DNA of 64,000 nt from Octopus bimaculoides (taxonomy: Eukaryota): positions 28,353,339-28,417,338 of the forward strand of contig NC_068983.1 of the NCBI RefSeq assembly GCF_001194135.2, read 5' to 3'. The position numbers and the translations under genes were made by a program. Below the pieces are notes generated by a model. That model searched no databases and had not been told where the DNA came from. It worked only from the letters and a program-made list of their open reading frames with translations. Positions 1 through 12,519 of this stretch are shown here, piece by piece (position 1 is the first letter of the stretch; each line of letters begins with the position of its first letter).

Positions 1-1086
1 GATCATGAGCAGAATTAGTGGGGTAGCATCATGGCCATGTGTTGAGAGGCATTCTTTGAGGTTTGAATAATTCACTTTGGAAACATGGGTGTTTTGCTCA
101 ACATCCTTAAACAAATCTTATTCAAACATTGAATGTGGCTGATGCCAGCACCATCTTGACTGGCTTCTGTGCTGGTGGCACATAAAAAGCACAACCAATC
201 ATGGCTGTTGCCAGCCTCCTCTGGCCCCTGTGCAGGTGGCACATAAAAAGCACCCACTTCACTCATGGAGTGGTTGGCGTTAGGAAGGGCATCCAGCTGT
301 AGAAACACTGCCAGATCAAACTGGAGCCTGATGCAGCCTCCTGGCTTACCAGACCCCGGTCGAACCATCCAACCCATGCTAGCATGGGAAACAGATGCAC
401 AAGTCCAGGCAAGGTTGTTTGTGGAAAGCCAACAGTCAACCAAGCATACCAGCCTCTCTTGTCCATGCCACTGATGTTATCCAAGGGAAAGGCAAAGGCT
501 GATACAGCTTGGCATCAGTGACATTGCAACTCATTTCAACAGCTGAGTGAACTGGAGCAATGTGAAATAAAGTGTTTTGCTCAAGAACACAACACAGTCC
601 AGTCTAGGAATCAAATTCACTGCCTCACGATCATAAGCTTGCTGTTCTAACCACTGAGCCATGTACCTTCAGAATGATAAAATGACTCAAATTGATTCTA
701 CAATTTTTGATATTTTAGAAGGGTGAAGCAAACGCTCTAAGTAAAACTTGTTCAGACTATAGTGTAATGTGATAACTCTTACTAAATGGAGAAGAAATAT
801 TCTTCAAATTGATAACTATCTGATAACTTCTCCTAGGATCTAAGGAATAGTAATCTTTGAAATTATACATTGCAAATGAAGATCTGTAAGACTAATTCTA
901 ATCTACATGTGGTTAATAAATTATGAATCATGAAAAATTAAGTAAATAAATAATTCTAGACATGAAAGAAATAATCTATTTCATTATTACAATGTCAGTA
1001 ATAACCAAACCCCAAAATAGTGACAGGTAGCTCAACTTATGCAGATGAAATATATAGAGTCTGTCTATCCATCTAACTATTTACAT

Positions 1087-1160
1087 ATCCATCCATCCAT
1101 CCATCCATCCATCCATCCATCCATCCATCCATCCATCCATCCATCCATCCATCCATCCAT
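1087..1160. repeat. (ATCC)n microsatellite
   Basis: Perfect tetranucleotide run. Confidence 0.98.
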
Positions 1161-1299
1161 TCTTCTTCCATCTGTAGCAACCATCAACCATCATGCAACT
1201 ATGTGACGTTTTAGTTATTCAATGTTTTTCATTTTTACTGGACCCTTGAGAGAGCTCTGTCTATATAAGAAGAGTTCAAAGAAGTTCTCTGCCTCCTTC

Positions 1300-1316
1300 T
1301 GTCTGTCTGTCTCACG

Positions 1317-1382
<66 letters not shown>

Positions 1383-1398
1383 GTACATATCCATATAC

Positions 1399-1443
<45 letters not shown>

Positions 1444-1472
1444 CATAAATATATATACATATAATTATATAC

Positions 1473-1512
<40 letters not shown>
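1300..1512. repeat. Compound CT/TA/TG microsatellite
   Basis: Directly visible; explains the YIYI/CVCV ORFs. Confidence 0.97.
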
Positions 1513-1514
<2 letters not shown>

Positions 1515-2610
1515 AAAACACTCAGCCAGAGTGCCAGAGTGCCAAAGCAGAATTGGTCATTGTCTGCTCTTCTTTCAGCTCATCTTGACACAAGATATGT
1601 TTTATCCAAATGAGACATTCATATGTCATATCTCATTCCCTCCATGTTATAAACGAAATTGGCTGGTTTCTAGTCTTTCATCTCAGCAATGTTTTCTTTT
1701 CAAAATTCACATCTAACAGAAAAAAAAAATAATTTACTTCAAGAAGGCATATAACCATTTCAACAGCATATTTTATCTCAATTGTTGTTCTTTTATGAAT
1801 GTTATAATTGAAAATTGCCGTTTTTCTCCGTATGAATTACTGTCTCATTCAAGCATATACTTTATGAACATTTTGAAGGTAAACACATGTTGCTTAAACG
1901 TATTATCATACTACTTTGACTAAATGAGATCTACCACTAGGTAAGAAGCAGAAAAATAAACGAGAATGTGTGTGTGTGTGTTTGTGTGTATGTGTAACTA
2001 TTTGCAGAATCCAATAGAATCTAAGTATTTTAATAAGAACAACAAAGTAGAGTCAAGGATAGCACACCCACATGCCAACAGTGTGTGGGGACACTCTTAC
2101 ATGATGTAATTGATCTGTTCATCAATAAAAAAAATTATCTGAAACAGCTGTAGTGAAACTCAGCCCATATGTGTTCTTATATATATATATATATATATAT
2201 ATGCCTATATACACACATACATGTACATGCCTATATATATATGTATATATATACATGGATATACAGGTACAGGACATCAATAAAATTTGAACAAAATGAG
2301 AAATGAGAACATAAAAAACAAAACCATGGAAAATGAACTTTTTTTGAACAGCAAAAGAAACAAATAGAGAAACGAAACAGGCAGCATAAAGAACATTGCC
2401 TTCATCAGTTATCCCCTGTTTTATCTACTTCACATTTCAAAGTCCGTTTTATCTATCTATCTATCTAGCTATCTATCTATCTATCTATCTATATATATAT
2501 ATGTATATATTTGAAGGTTTGGTAATGTACAGAAATTATATATAAAAAATTAAGGTACACAGAAACCTGGATGTTTGTACATTTACAGATTTTTATTAAT
2601 GTCACATATT

Positions 2611-2653
2611 AAATGAAGCGCTTTTCGCCTAGTCGTGTAGGTTTTTCAAATTT
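2611..2653 (-). ncRNA. Hammerhead ribozyme variant (U3-A8 core), minus-strand mirror copy
   Basis: Mirror of the previous feature: AAAT-TTGAAAA-ACCTA cacgac TAGGC-GAAA-AGCGCTTC-ATTT, with an A.C mismatch at the base of stem II. Confidence 0.55.
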
Positions 2654-2690
2654 GAAAAGCCTACACGACTAGGTGAAAAGCGCTTCATTT
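2648..2690 (+). ncRNA. Hammerhead ribozyme variant (U3-A8 core), plus-strand copy in palindrome
   Basis: AAAT-TTGAAAA-GCCTA cacgac TAGGT-GAAA-AGCGCT-T-C|ATTT. Stem III palindrome AAGCGCTT, triplet UUC; C3/G8 are replaced by the complementary pair U3/A8. Confidence 0.6.
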
Positions 2691-3429
2691 AATATGTGAC
2701 ATTAATAAAAATCTGTAAATGTACAAACATCCAGGTTTCTGAGTACCTTAATTTTTTATATATATGTATATATATGCACATGTACATGCGTACATACATA
2801 CGTACATACGTGTGTGTGTGTGTGTGTGTATCAGTTGTGATGCCCACCTGCCTACCCTCCAATTTGCCATCATGCCATCTATGCTTTTATCTATCTGCCT
2901 AGCCAACACATGTTTCTGTATTCTGAAGGTGTCAATGAAAAAATTGGTTTCAAATTGTTTTTGGCACAAAGCCAGCAATTTTACTGGAGCTAGGTGGTTA
3001 CATCAACCCTAGTGCTCAACTGATACTTGTTTCATTGATCCTGAAAGAATGAAAGGCAAAGTTGACCTCAGTGGAATTTGAACTCAAAATTTAAAGATGG
3101 ACGAAATGTCGATAAGCATTTTGCCTGGCATGCTAATGTCTCTGCCAGCTTGCTCTCTTGATGTCACTGAAATATCGGTACCAAATTTTGGCTCAAGGGA
3201 AGCAATTTCAAATACATCGACCCCTGAACTCAACTGTTACTTATTTTATCAACCCCAAAAGGGATAAAAGGCAAAGTCTACTACAGTGGCATTTGAAGTC
3301 AGAAGAAATGCCACTAAGCCTTTTGTCCGGGATGGTAATGATTCTGCCAGCTTGTTGCCTTGGTATCACTGAGATATTAAGAACAAAAAATTATAAATAA
3401 AAGCATAAAAGTCAGCCAGTTACACATAT

Positions 3430-3650
3430 CAAATGATTGAAATATATTCCATTCCATTGTTCTTTGTGAATTCTAATCTTGAGACAAACTTTGAACAATA
3501 CATGGCAGAACTATTAATATGCTAGAATTCTCTTGGTTAAATGTTGAAACTATCAACATAAATCGTGCAAAATTTGCTCCTGCCAATATCAGATACAACT
3601 TCATGGCTCAGCTGATGATCTCTTGACCAAAACGTCCTGGGTCCAAGGTT
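3430..3650 (+). mobile_element. Heavily decayed Penelope-like 3' end
   Basis: Frame MLEFSWLNVETININRAKFAPANIRY resembles the PLE end LESW....INR...P..Y; followed by a hammerhead relic at 3605-3643. Confidence 0.35.
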
Positions 3651-4129
3651 AAATATTCGCCTTGTATTTAAGCATTAAATTAATGTCTCTTTGGTATGCG
3701 ATATTAATCTACTTGCTACAATAAATCTGAAAATAGCAACCTCAACCTCCTGATGAATGGTTAACACTGTCATGAAGGGCAAATAGTGATAAAATTGTAA
3801 CATCAATGTTATCTCTAAACATCAAATTTTACAGAACAAGTCAAAATTGAATGTAAAGAGACTGAAAAATGATACTAAAAAAAATTTCTTTAATGAAAAA
3901 TAGGTTTAGAAAATTTTCAAGAGTTAAAAAATGCTTCTTTGATTACTCTTTACTCTTTTAAACCTTTGGAGACAGGGCCTCATTTGGAGTTTCAGCACCA
4001 AGAAGATGGAGCCCTTTTCACAAGCCCTACAAAGGGCATGCACTTGGGCCAGTGGAGCACTAATAGCACTGTCCAAGTGGGATCATTGCCAGAGCAGTTG
4101 TCTGGCTTCCATGCTAGTGGCTCGTATAT

Positions 4130-4500
4130 AGCACCATTTGAGCGTGATCGTTACCAGCATCGCCTTACTGGCACTTGTGCTGGTGGCATGATAGAAAATC
4201 ATTTGTGTGAGATCATTGCCAGTGCCGCTGGACTAGTTCCTGTGCAGGTGGCACATAAAAAACACCATTTTGAGCGTGGCCGTTGCCACTACCGTGTGGC
4301 TGGCCCTCGTGTCGGTGACACGTAAAAGCATCCACTACACTCTTAGAGTGGTTGGCATTAGGAAGGGCATCCAGCTGTAGAAACTCTGACAAATCAGATT
4401 GGAGCCTGGTGTAGCCATTCAGTTCACCAGTCGTCAGTCAAATCGTCCAACCCATGCTAGCATGGAAAGCGGATGTTAAACAATGATGATGATGATGATG
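4130..4500 (+). mobile_element. SINE family C (GAT-tailed)
   Basis: GGTGGCACATAAAAAACACC...GAGTGGTTGGCATTAGGAAGGGCATCCAGCTGTAGAAAC...CCAACCCATGCTAGCATGG followed by (GAT)n. Other copies at about 60-400(+), 5870-6155(+), 6715-6890(-), 13065-13305(-), 49990-50190(+) and 60140-60460(+). Confidence 0.85.
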
Positions 4501-4566
4501 AATAAAGTAATTACTTTACATATATAAAACTTGGAAAACCGATTATAGCAGTGACTCCATCTAAGA

Positions 4567-4603
4567 ATATCTGAAGAAGTAATCTTATTCCGAAATATCA
4601 TCT
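4567..4603 (+). ncRNA. Minimal hammerhead motif, slightly decayed
   Basis: ATAT-CTGAAGA-A-GTAAT ctt ATTCC-GAAA-TA-T-C|ATCT. Core intact, stem III palindrome ATAT, one mismatch each in stems I and II. Confidence 0.55.
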
Positions 4604-5758
4604 GACTGTGGATGACTAAATTACAACAGGTATATAGCCCATTATTTGTATTATAGTGCATTGTTGTACTATTCAAAACTTTTTATTCTTTACAAACAAT
4701 ACACAATGCTTCAAGCGAACTACAATACTCTCTTAAAATTATATATATTCTTGTAGGAAATTGAATGAACTAAAACAATTTTCTTTGTCATTTAACTTTT
4801 CAGTCGATAGACCAGCCTTGTCATCTCCTAATGGTTAATCTTTACTCTTTTACAAATTTCAGTCACTGGACTATGATCATGCTGGAGTACCACCTTGTAG
4901 AGGTAGCTGAACAAATCGACTCTGGCAATTATTCAAAATCTGGTGCTTTTTCTACCAACCACTTTTGCTGAACCATTAAGTTACAGAGATATAAACAGAC
5001 CAACACCGGTTTTCAAGTAGTCATTAGACAGTACAAACACAAGGACACAATACATACATACATATATATGCATATACACATACACACAAACACAATCTCA
5101 CACAGTGATATTTATGTATATATGTGTGTGTTTGAGTGTGTGTATAATTCTGAGTTCAATTCCCACTGAGCTGAGGTCAAATTTGCCTTTCACCCTTTTG
5201 GGGTTAGTGAAATAAATATTAGTTGAATACTGGGGTCAATGTAAACAACTTGCCTCCATCCCCCAAATTTCAGGCCTTGTGCTTATAATAGAAAGGATTA
5301 TTATTATTATTATTATTATTATCATCATTATTTAAGTGGTGAACTGGCAGAATCATTAGATGGCCATTTTGTCCGTCTTCATGTTCTGAGTTCAAATTCC
5401 TCTGAGGTCAACTTCGCCTTTCATCCTTTTTGGGGTCGAAAAATAAGTAACAATTGAGCCCTGGGTTCGAAGTAATCAACTTTCCCGTCCCCCCAATTTA
5501 CAGGCCTTGTGCCAAAATTTGAAATCATTATATTATTAGTATCATTATTATTATTGTTATCATCATCATCATCAATATCATCATAATCATCATTATCATT
5601 ATTAGACAACCCTAGTATTTGACTGGCACCTTATTTTTTGCCCTCAAAAGGATGAAAGGCAAAGTTGACCTTGAGGGAATTTGAACTCAGAATGTGGCAA
5701 CAGGTGAAATACCACAAAGCACTTGTCCAGTGTGCTAACAATTCTGCCAGTTAGCTGC

Positions 5759-5759
5759 C

Positions 5760-5850
<91 letters not shown>
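5759..5850. repeat. (TAA)n microsatellite, about 30 units
   Basis: Directly visible. Confidence 0.98.
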
Positions 5851-5851
<1 letters not shown>

Positions 5852-7426
5852 GAAGACCCATCCTCCACAGTAGCAGTGTTAAGGCCACATCCTCGGGTGA
5901 AGAGGATAGACCGGCAAGAGTCAGTGCCACAAAAAAAGCACTCGTGCTGATGCCACATAAAAGCACCCATGCTACTGCCACCTTAAAAGCACCCCAGCAC
6001 ACTCTGTAAAGTGGTTGGCATTAGGTAAAGCATCCAGCCATAAAAATCAAGCCAGATCAGACTGGAACCCGATGCAATTCTCTGGCTTGCCAGCTCTGGT
6101 CAAACCATCCAACCCATGCCTGTGCAGAAAACAGATGTTAAAGGATGATAATGATGAATAAATAGGTAAATTTAGTATTTTTGATAATATTATATTTTGC
6201 AAGTAGCATGTTATAGAGATGTGGTATAATCTATTCAAGAGACATTATTGTCTTTTTGGCAGTTTTGATACAGAAGGTAGCATGAAATATATTCTGAGAT
6301 CATTGCATTGCTCTTAAATATATATTTCATATTATCATAAAGAGGCATATTAAACTCATGTTTAATATATCTGGCTTGAAATATATCATTAAGTTCAGCC
6401 ATTTAAGACATACACACCTTGTTATTAGAAAATACAGTCAGTGGGTTTGTGTAGGAAATTGCACACTTTAATTAATACAACAAAGAATTATTATGTGAAA
6501 ATATCATTACCATAAATTATTTTCTTCTAGCTGCATCATTAAGTAGCTAATTGATGATTTATAATTTTGGTTAGAGCTTTGAATTATGGAGGAAAGTGTT
6601 GTCAATTAAATCTGCCCATTATATAGCTGGCACTTATCAATCCCCCATTCCTGAGAAAACGGAATATAAAATCAAAATCAGAAAAATTTTAAATGAGAAG
6701 CTAAGGAATTTATCATCATCATTTAACATCTATTTTCAATGCTAGCATGGGTTGGGTAGTTTGACAGGATCCAGCAGACAGGAGGGATGCATTGAGCTTC
6801 AATATCAGCTTTGGTATGGTTTCTACAGCTTGGTGCCCTTCCTAATGTCAATCACTTTATAGTGTGTATTGGATACTTTTACATGATACAGGGACTATTG
6901 AGGTCACCTAGTAACATGCAAGATGAGTAAAGGACAGGAAAAAAGAAAAAAAGCACCCCCAGCTGAATTTAGTGAGAGGACTTTATGCCAGATGTTAAGA
7001 GACTAAAGTATAATAGAGAAACAAGCCCATATGTCTTTATATGCAGGAGATACATAGCTACCCCACATTATATAAGGGTGGGAGTAGCAGAAAAGTAGAT
7101 AGAGGTGGTGGTGGTGACAAGATGCTCTACTAAATACCTCAATGTATTTTGTTCTGTACTCCATTGATTTTGACACCAAGTAATTGCTCACATATAATTC
7201 AATGTCAGTCACCATATCTAAATGTCAGACAGTGTAAATAAGCGTGATTGATGACAGAATTCTTAAAGCACTGGACAAAATTGCAGTATTTCTTTCAGCT
7301 TGTTGTGTTCTGTATTCAAATCTCACCAAGTTAGTTTTGCATTTCATTCTTCCAGGAGCAATAGAAATATAGTTTCCATAAAGTGCTGGGGTCAATTTAA
7401 TCAATTTCAAATCAGGATCTGGGATC

Positions 7427-7439
7427 CTTAATAATAATA

Positions 7440-7496
<57 letters not shown>

Positions 7497-7564
7497 TTAA
7501 TAATAATAATAATAACAACAATAATAATAATATTCATCATCATCAACATCATCGTATCATTATC

Positions 7565-7640
<76 letters not shown>
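7427..7640. repeat. (AAT)n and (ATT)n tracts in opposite orientation
   Basis: AAT tract at about 7427-7530, CAT-rich spacer, ATT tract at about 7568-7640. Confidence 0.95.
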
Positions 7641-7641
<1 letters not shown>

Positions 7642-8314
7642 GCCCGCTTCTTCCAAGCAGGATGGATTGAACAGAATTTTGGTAAGGCAGTATTCTGCCT
7701 TAACAGAATATCAATGCCATTGTTGTGGCCTAGCCTTAATTGCTTCCAGGTACATCATTTGTTCCTTTTTGTCATTCATATCACAAACTGCACAATGGCT
7801 AAACATGTTTTATGGCAGGCTTAAACAGAGATTCTGCCTAAGCAGTGACATTCTTCTATGCTTTAAGCACATAAGCAATGTCAAGATACAGACAAATACA
7901 CATGCAAACACTCAGACACATGCATTCGGAACACACACACGCACACACACATATATAAACATTTTCCCAGCAGGCATCCATAAGTGGGTGGAGAGGAGGC
8001 TTTTGATGCTTAGATGCTGGTTGGCCTTTGGAATTAAACTGAAAGTTGATGATAATTTGTAAGGCTGCAAACTGTCAGTTAAGTGTTCATATTCCCTCCA
8101 GTAAAATGCATTTCAGGGAAATTTCAAACAATGAGTATTCCACTTTCACACCAATTGTACTTTTGTTTACATCAGGTCATTAGATATGCTGTACAGTTTG
8201 TCAATGGATGGCAGAAAAATCAAGTGCTATTTTATCTCTTTACCTCTCTTTTCTTTTCTCTTCTCTTTACTTTTCCACTATCAACTCACCCCACTCAGAT
8301 TTTCCATACAATTG

Positions 8315-8368
<54 letters not shown>

Positions 8369-11300
8369 GGTGCAGGTGTGGCTGTTTGGTAAGAAGTTTG
8401 GTTCCCAACCACATGGTTCCAAGTTCAGCCCCTCTACATGGAACCTTGAGCAAATGTCTTTTACTATAGTGACAGGCCGACTAAAGGCTTGTGAGTGGAT
8501 CTGGCAGACGGAAACTGAGAGAAACCCATCATATATACATTGGAAAGAAAAACAGTGAAAATTCCAAAGAAGGAAAACAAATCACTAACAGCATGTGTGT
8601 AATTACATTCATATATATATATATATATAGAAATATATACATACATGCTAAATAGTAATCACTTCTGCTGTATTTCGTGTCCAGTCTGATGACTGAACAC
8701 ATGAAATTCAAGTACCTAGCCAGATGTCAGATGCAAGCTCTCATAATCACAAATAACTTTAGCCCATTGGCATTGAATACTGTCTTGAAGTTATACACTC
8801 AGACATGCACAAACACCCATATATGTCTGTATGTACGTGTGAATATATGTGTGTTTGTTTCCCCCCTATGTTTCCTCATGTTCATATTGTGAACCAATAG
8901 CAAAGTCAACATTCATATAAGTGAAGTCATTTGTTTGCAACCTTCCATGAAAACATGTCCAGCCTTTAAGCTTTACATTGCTGAAAGAAGTAGCAGAAAT
9001 ACTGCTTGAAAGTAAGAGAGGGTTTGTGAACATGCAGCAGTAGAAAATGTACCTCAGTAAATTTCACCTGCTTGGGACTGATAATTAATTCATCAAACTT
9101 GACAAAAAGGAAGATAAAATCGATCTTCAAAGTGCAGAAAGTTTGAACAAATATTGGTAGGCATTCTGTCTGATGCTCTCTTACAACTGTGCTAATTTGC
9201 TTCCTTAAATTATTCTATACACATAAAAGTTTGGTTTTGCAATCCAAATTTTTTATGAGAAAGTCAAAGTCTATATAAACAAATATTTCCTGAACAAAAG
9301 AAGCGAACAGAATAAATCAAAGCTTTCCATATATTTCTCTTACTAAATGACAGGTGTTCCTCCAAGTCAAATATTTTTTTGCTTTCTTGAGTTTACTTAG
9401 ACATTTCAATCAAGACTGACTTCACTTTTAGATTTATACTGGCTTTAGTCATTGAACTGCAGCTATGCTGTGGCACTATCGTCAGGGATATTAGTTGATC
9501 ATATTGACTTATTTATATTTATTTTACTATATGGTACACAAATGGGCATAATATGAGCACACTGACTAATTGGTGTAAACAAAGACACAGCAACAAACTG
9601 GTGTAAACATAGACACAGCCACTTCTGCTGAGATCTATTCTGAATGCTTTGACTGATCTAAGGTTTCTCCAAAGTGCCACAAACTAGGATCAACCCTAGA
9701 ACCCAGGGTTCTAAAGCAAACTTTGTAACCATACAAATATGCAAGTCCATGCTCACACGATTAATTTATTTTGCAATAATTTCAATTTACTTAAATGTCT
9801 GTACTTGGAAACATCTTCAGTAATCTTGTTTTTATTTGATTTAAAAAGTTTAAAAGCAATTACTATCCAGTAAGATATATTTGATTGTCATTATTCTGAA
9901 ACTTTCTTAAGACATAATGATGTAGACAAATCTAAAAACATTAGAATTATACAGACAAAATAAAAATAACAACAAATAAAATTGAGAGAGAAACAAAATT
10001 GGCATTTACACACAGAATATGAATTTAAGTTAAAAAGGATAAATATTATTAAATGATCAAAATTTAATTCTTTAGATAAATTTGGCAGACAACATACTTT
10101 TGGCTATAATTGTAAGACATTAGTTGAAAGCTCAATTGACAAATAATTTGCATGGCATTCTGAACGAAATTTGTGTAAGCTGTAACAACTTAAAAGGAAA
10201 TTCATGTTTGAAAATACCTTAATCTTGTCATTATGTGAGTTTTTGCAAGTACTAAAATTATACTTTACAGCATCCCACCTCCTAATGAAATATATTGGTA
10301 CAAAAACGATTTCAAACCATTTAAAAGATGTGAAGCATATGAAACACAGAACAGCCATTACATGTTGATATCTGGCTTCAGGTCAGCTCTGATCTAGCAG
10401 ATTTATAATCAAAGGCATTCAGGCTATAACTATCCTGTTTTTTCATAAGCATAGTGTAATCTAAACTACATTATCCAGTGTCCTCTGTTGTTTTGTTGTT
10501 GTTTTTTTATGATCCAGTATAGTTCAAGAGAAATGTAGTTGCTTTTACTAACGGTTAAACAGCTACATATATGTTCCCACTTTGGCTTGGGGTTGTAAAT
10601 GTGACAGCAAAGGATATAGCCAACATGATAGCATTATGATAACTGCTATACATGATCAGTTATATCTTGAGTGATTACTGAAACTGAACTGAATAATGAT
10701 TGATAATTTAAATCTGTGAAAAGATTTCAGTCAATATGATTTATCATTTCAGCAACAGTGTAAGTATATTTGAATCAAAAGTTATCCATTAATTCAACAT
10801 CCAAGCAAGAAAAGCCAATCATTACTTTGAGGTAAATTAAGTACTAAAGCTAATGTTGCAATAATTAAAATAGTAAATAACTGACATGTTACAGCATTAA
10901 AAATCAATGTAGTACTTAATCTGGGTGCAAGTCCTAGGACTTTGCCTTTCATCCTTTCGGGGTTGATAAATTAAGTACCAGCTATGCACTGGGGTCGCTG
11001 TAATCGACTTAATCCCTTTGTCTGTCCTTGTTTAGCCCCTTGTGGGCAATAAAGAAATAAGATAATTTGCCTAAAATATTGCACAGTTGGATTGAACCAG
11101 CAATCACCTATTTTGTAAAGCAAACTTCTTAACTAAAAATTCATTCTTAATGTAGATATCCTTGCCATAATTAAGTGTCACTTGCAGTTCCTGATTTGAT
11201 TGTTATCTTTATATAGAACAGCTTCTTTGTAATATATCTCATCAAAGTTCAAATGTACATTTAAATTTATTGAAATGTCATTAAGGAAAACTAGGTTTCC

Positions 11301-11989
11301 AAACATTATATATACATATGTATGTGTGTGCAACTACATGAGTAGAATATAAACTAATATTTGTATAGCATGACAACTGTACTGTAATTCTATATTCAGG
11401 GGGTTCTTGATGATTAATTACTTTAAGACAGCTTTAGTCTTGCAATTTTCTAAATCTGAACTGAAAAAGAACATAAAATGCTTTGTTTTTGACGCTAAAC
11501 AGATTATATTCCCAAACCATGCCAATAATATAATTTTCTGTCTGAAGAAAGTCAAGAAACTGTAATCTAAAATAAGTTTTAAACTGATTAAAAAATAATC
11601 TGATGGAATATATTTTCATTTCACAAATCATCTGTGATACATCAGTTCCATTCCAAACATGCTCCAATTCCGACTACTAGATTTGGCTTAATTTGAAGTT
11701 ATAACAAAAACCATCAGTACATAATAATTGACTTTCCATGCATTTATAGAACAAGCAATTTTATTTCTAGATCATTTTTCTTCATCCCCACACCAGCATT
11801 ATGTTATTCCCGTTGTTCTATGTGTGTTTTACTGTCTAGTTTTAAATAAGTATATGAATCATGTGATCAGTCTCAGACATTTCTGGAATATTCCTACACC
11901 TTTTAGTAAATTAAAGTTAATTGTATTTACATACACACACACAGACACACACACACTCACACATTTATAAAGATATACATATAAAGGAG

Positions 11990-12440
11990 GTGGAGACAAT
12001 GATAAATATGTGTAGTGATATACATATGGAAGACCCTAGGTCTAACTCCCAACTTTGAAATTGAAAGTTATACCAGGCATCAAACTGGACAGCACAGCAT
12101 AGTACCAAAGATCTTATATTCTCTGTCTATAACAAGGACTACCTAGAATAAGAACTGTCTAGAATAAGGATTGTCTAGAATAAGGACTGTCTAGAATAAA
12201 TACTGTAAAAACTTAGGTTTCAAGGGACCACAACTATTCAACATTCTGTTAAACAATCTCAGAGATTTGAATAGTGTAAATGCGGATGTCTTCAATGAAT
12301 GTTTTGGCAAACTTTCATCTGAGATACTGGATGCACCCACTTTGCAGCAGAATGGTGCAGAAAACAGCAGCTTCATCCAACTTGCTACTTCATCAGAAAC
12401 AATACAGGAAATAAAACTGATAACAGTGAAAAGTGGTGTA
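11990..12440 (+). mobile_element. CR1/L2-group LINE 3' end relic
   Basis: IYIWKTLGLTPNFEIESYTRHQTGQHSIVPKI ... YCKNLGFKGPQLFNILLNNLRDLNSVNADVF..., the typical C-terminus after the RT of these LINEs; exact clade uncertain. Confidence 0.7.
12134..12199. repeat. 16-bp minisatellite, 4 units
   Basis: AAGGACTACCTAGAAT / AAGAACTGTCTAGAAT / AAGGATTGTCTAGAAT / AAGGACTGTCTAGAAT. Confidence 0.95.
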
Positions 12441-12447
12441 TTATAGA

Positions 12448-12484
<37 letters not shown>

Positions 12485-12519
12485 TAATACTGAACAATGA
12501 GAATGAGTGCTCAATACCA

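Larger units (their letters stand above)
2537..2764. repeat. 228-bp near-perfect palindrome with zero spacer
   Basis: Two 114-bp arms centred between 2650 and 2651 (ttttcaaa|tttgaaaa); only 3 mismatched pairs (2559/2742, 2627/2674, 2642/2659). Confidence 0.97.

Noticed and set aside
72-484. ORFs of 69-123 aa (also 3939-4325, 30433-30870, 54732-54990 and similar)
   Set aside because: They lie within SINE copies; no protein motif.
783-883. Minus-strand exon-like frame SSFAMYNFKDYYSLDPRRSYQ containing DPR
   Set aside because: It would not supply the conserved His after YYIN and shows no PDZ similarity; weak acceptor.
1215-1588. YIYI/THTH/CVCV, poly-N/I/L/Y/D/H ORFs throughout the track
   Set aside because: Translations of di-, tri- and tetranucleotide microsatellites or N gaps.
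2250-2450. Repeat with minus-strand CTGATGA-AGGCA...TGCCT
   Set aside because: No GAAA after the stem; the GAAA-like word lies upstream without a valid stem III.
8677-8712. 10-bp hairpin followed by GAAA (minus) and CTGATGA...GAAA (plus)
   Set aside because: No consistent stem I and stem III with the core on either strand.
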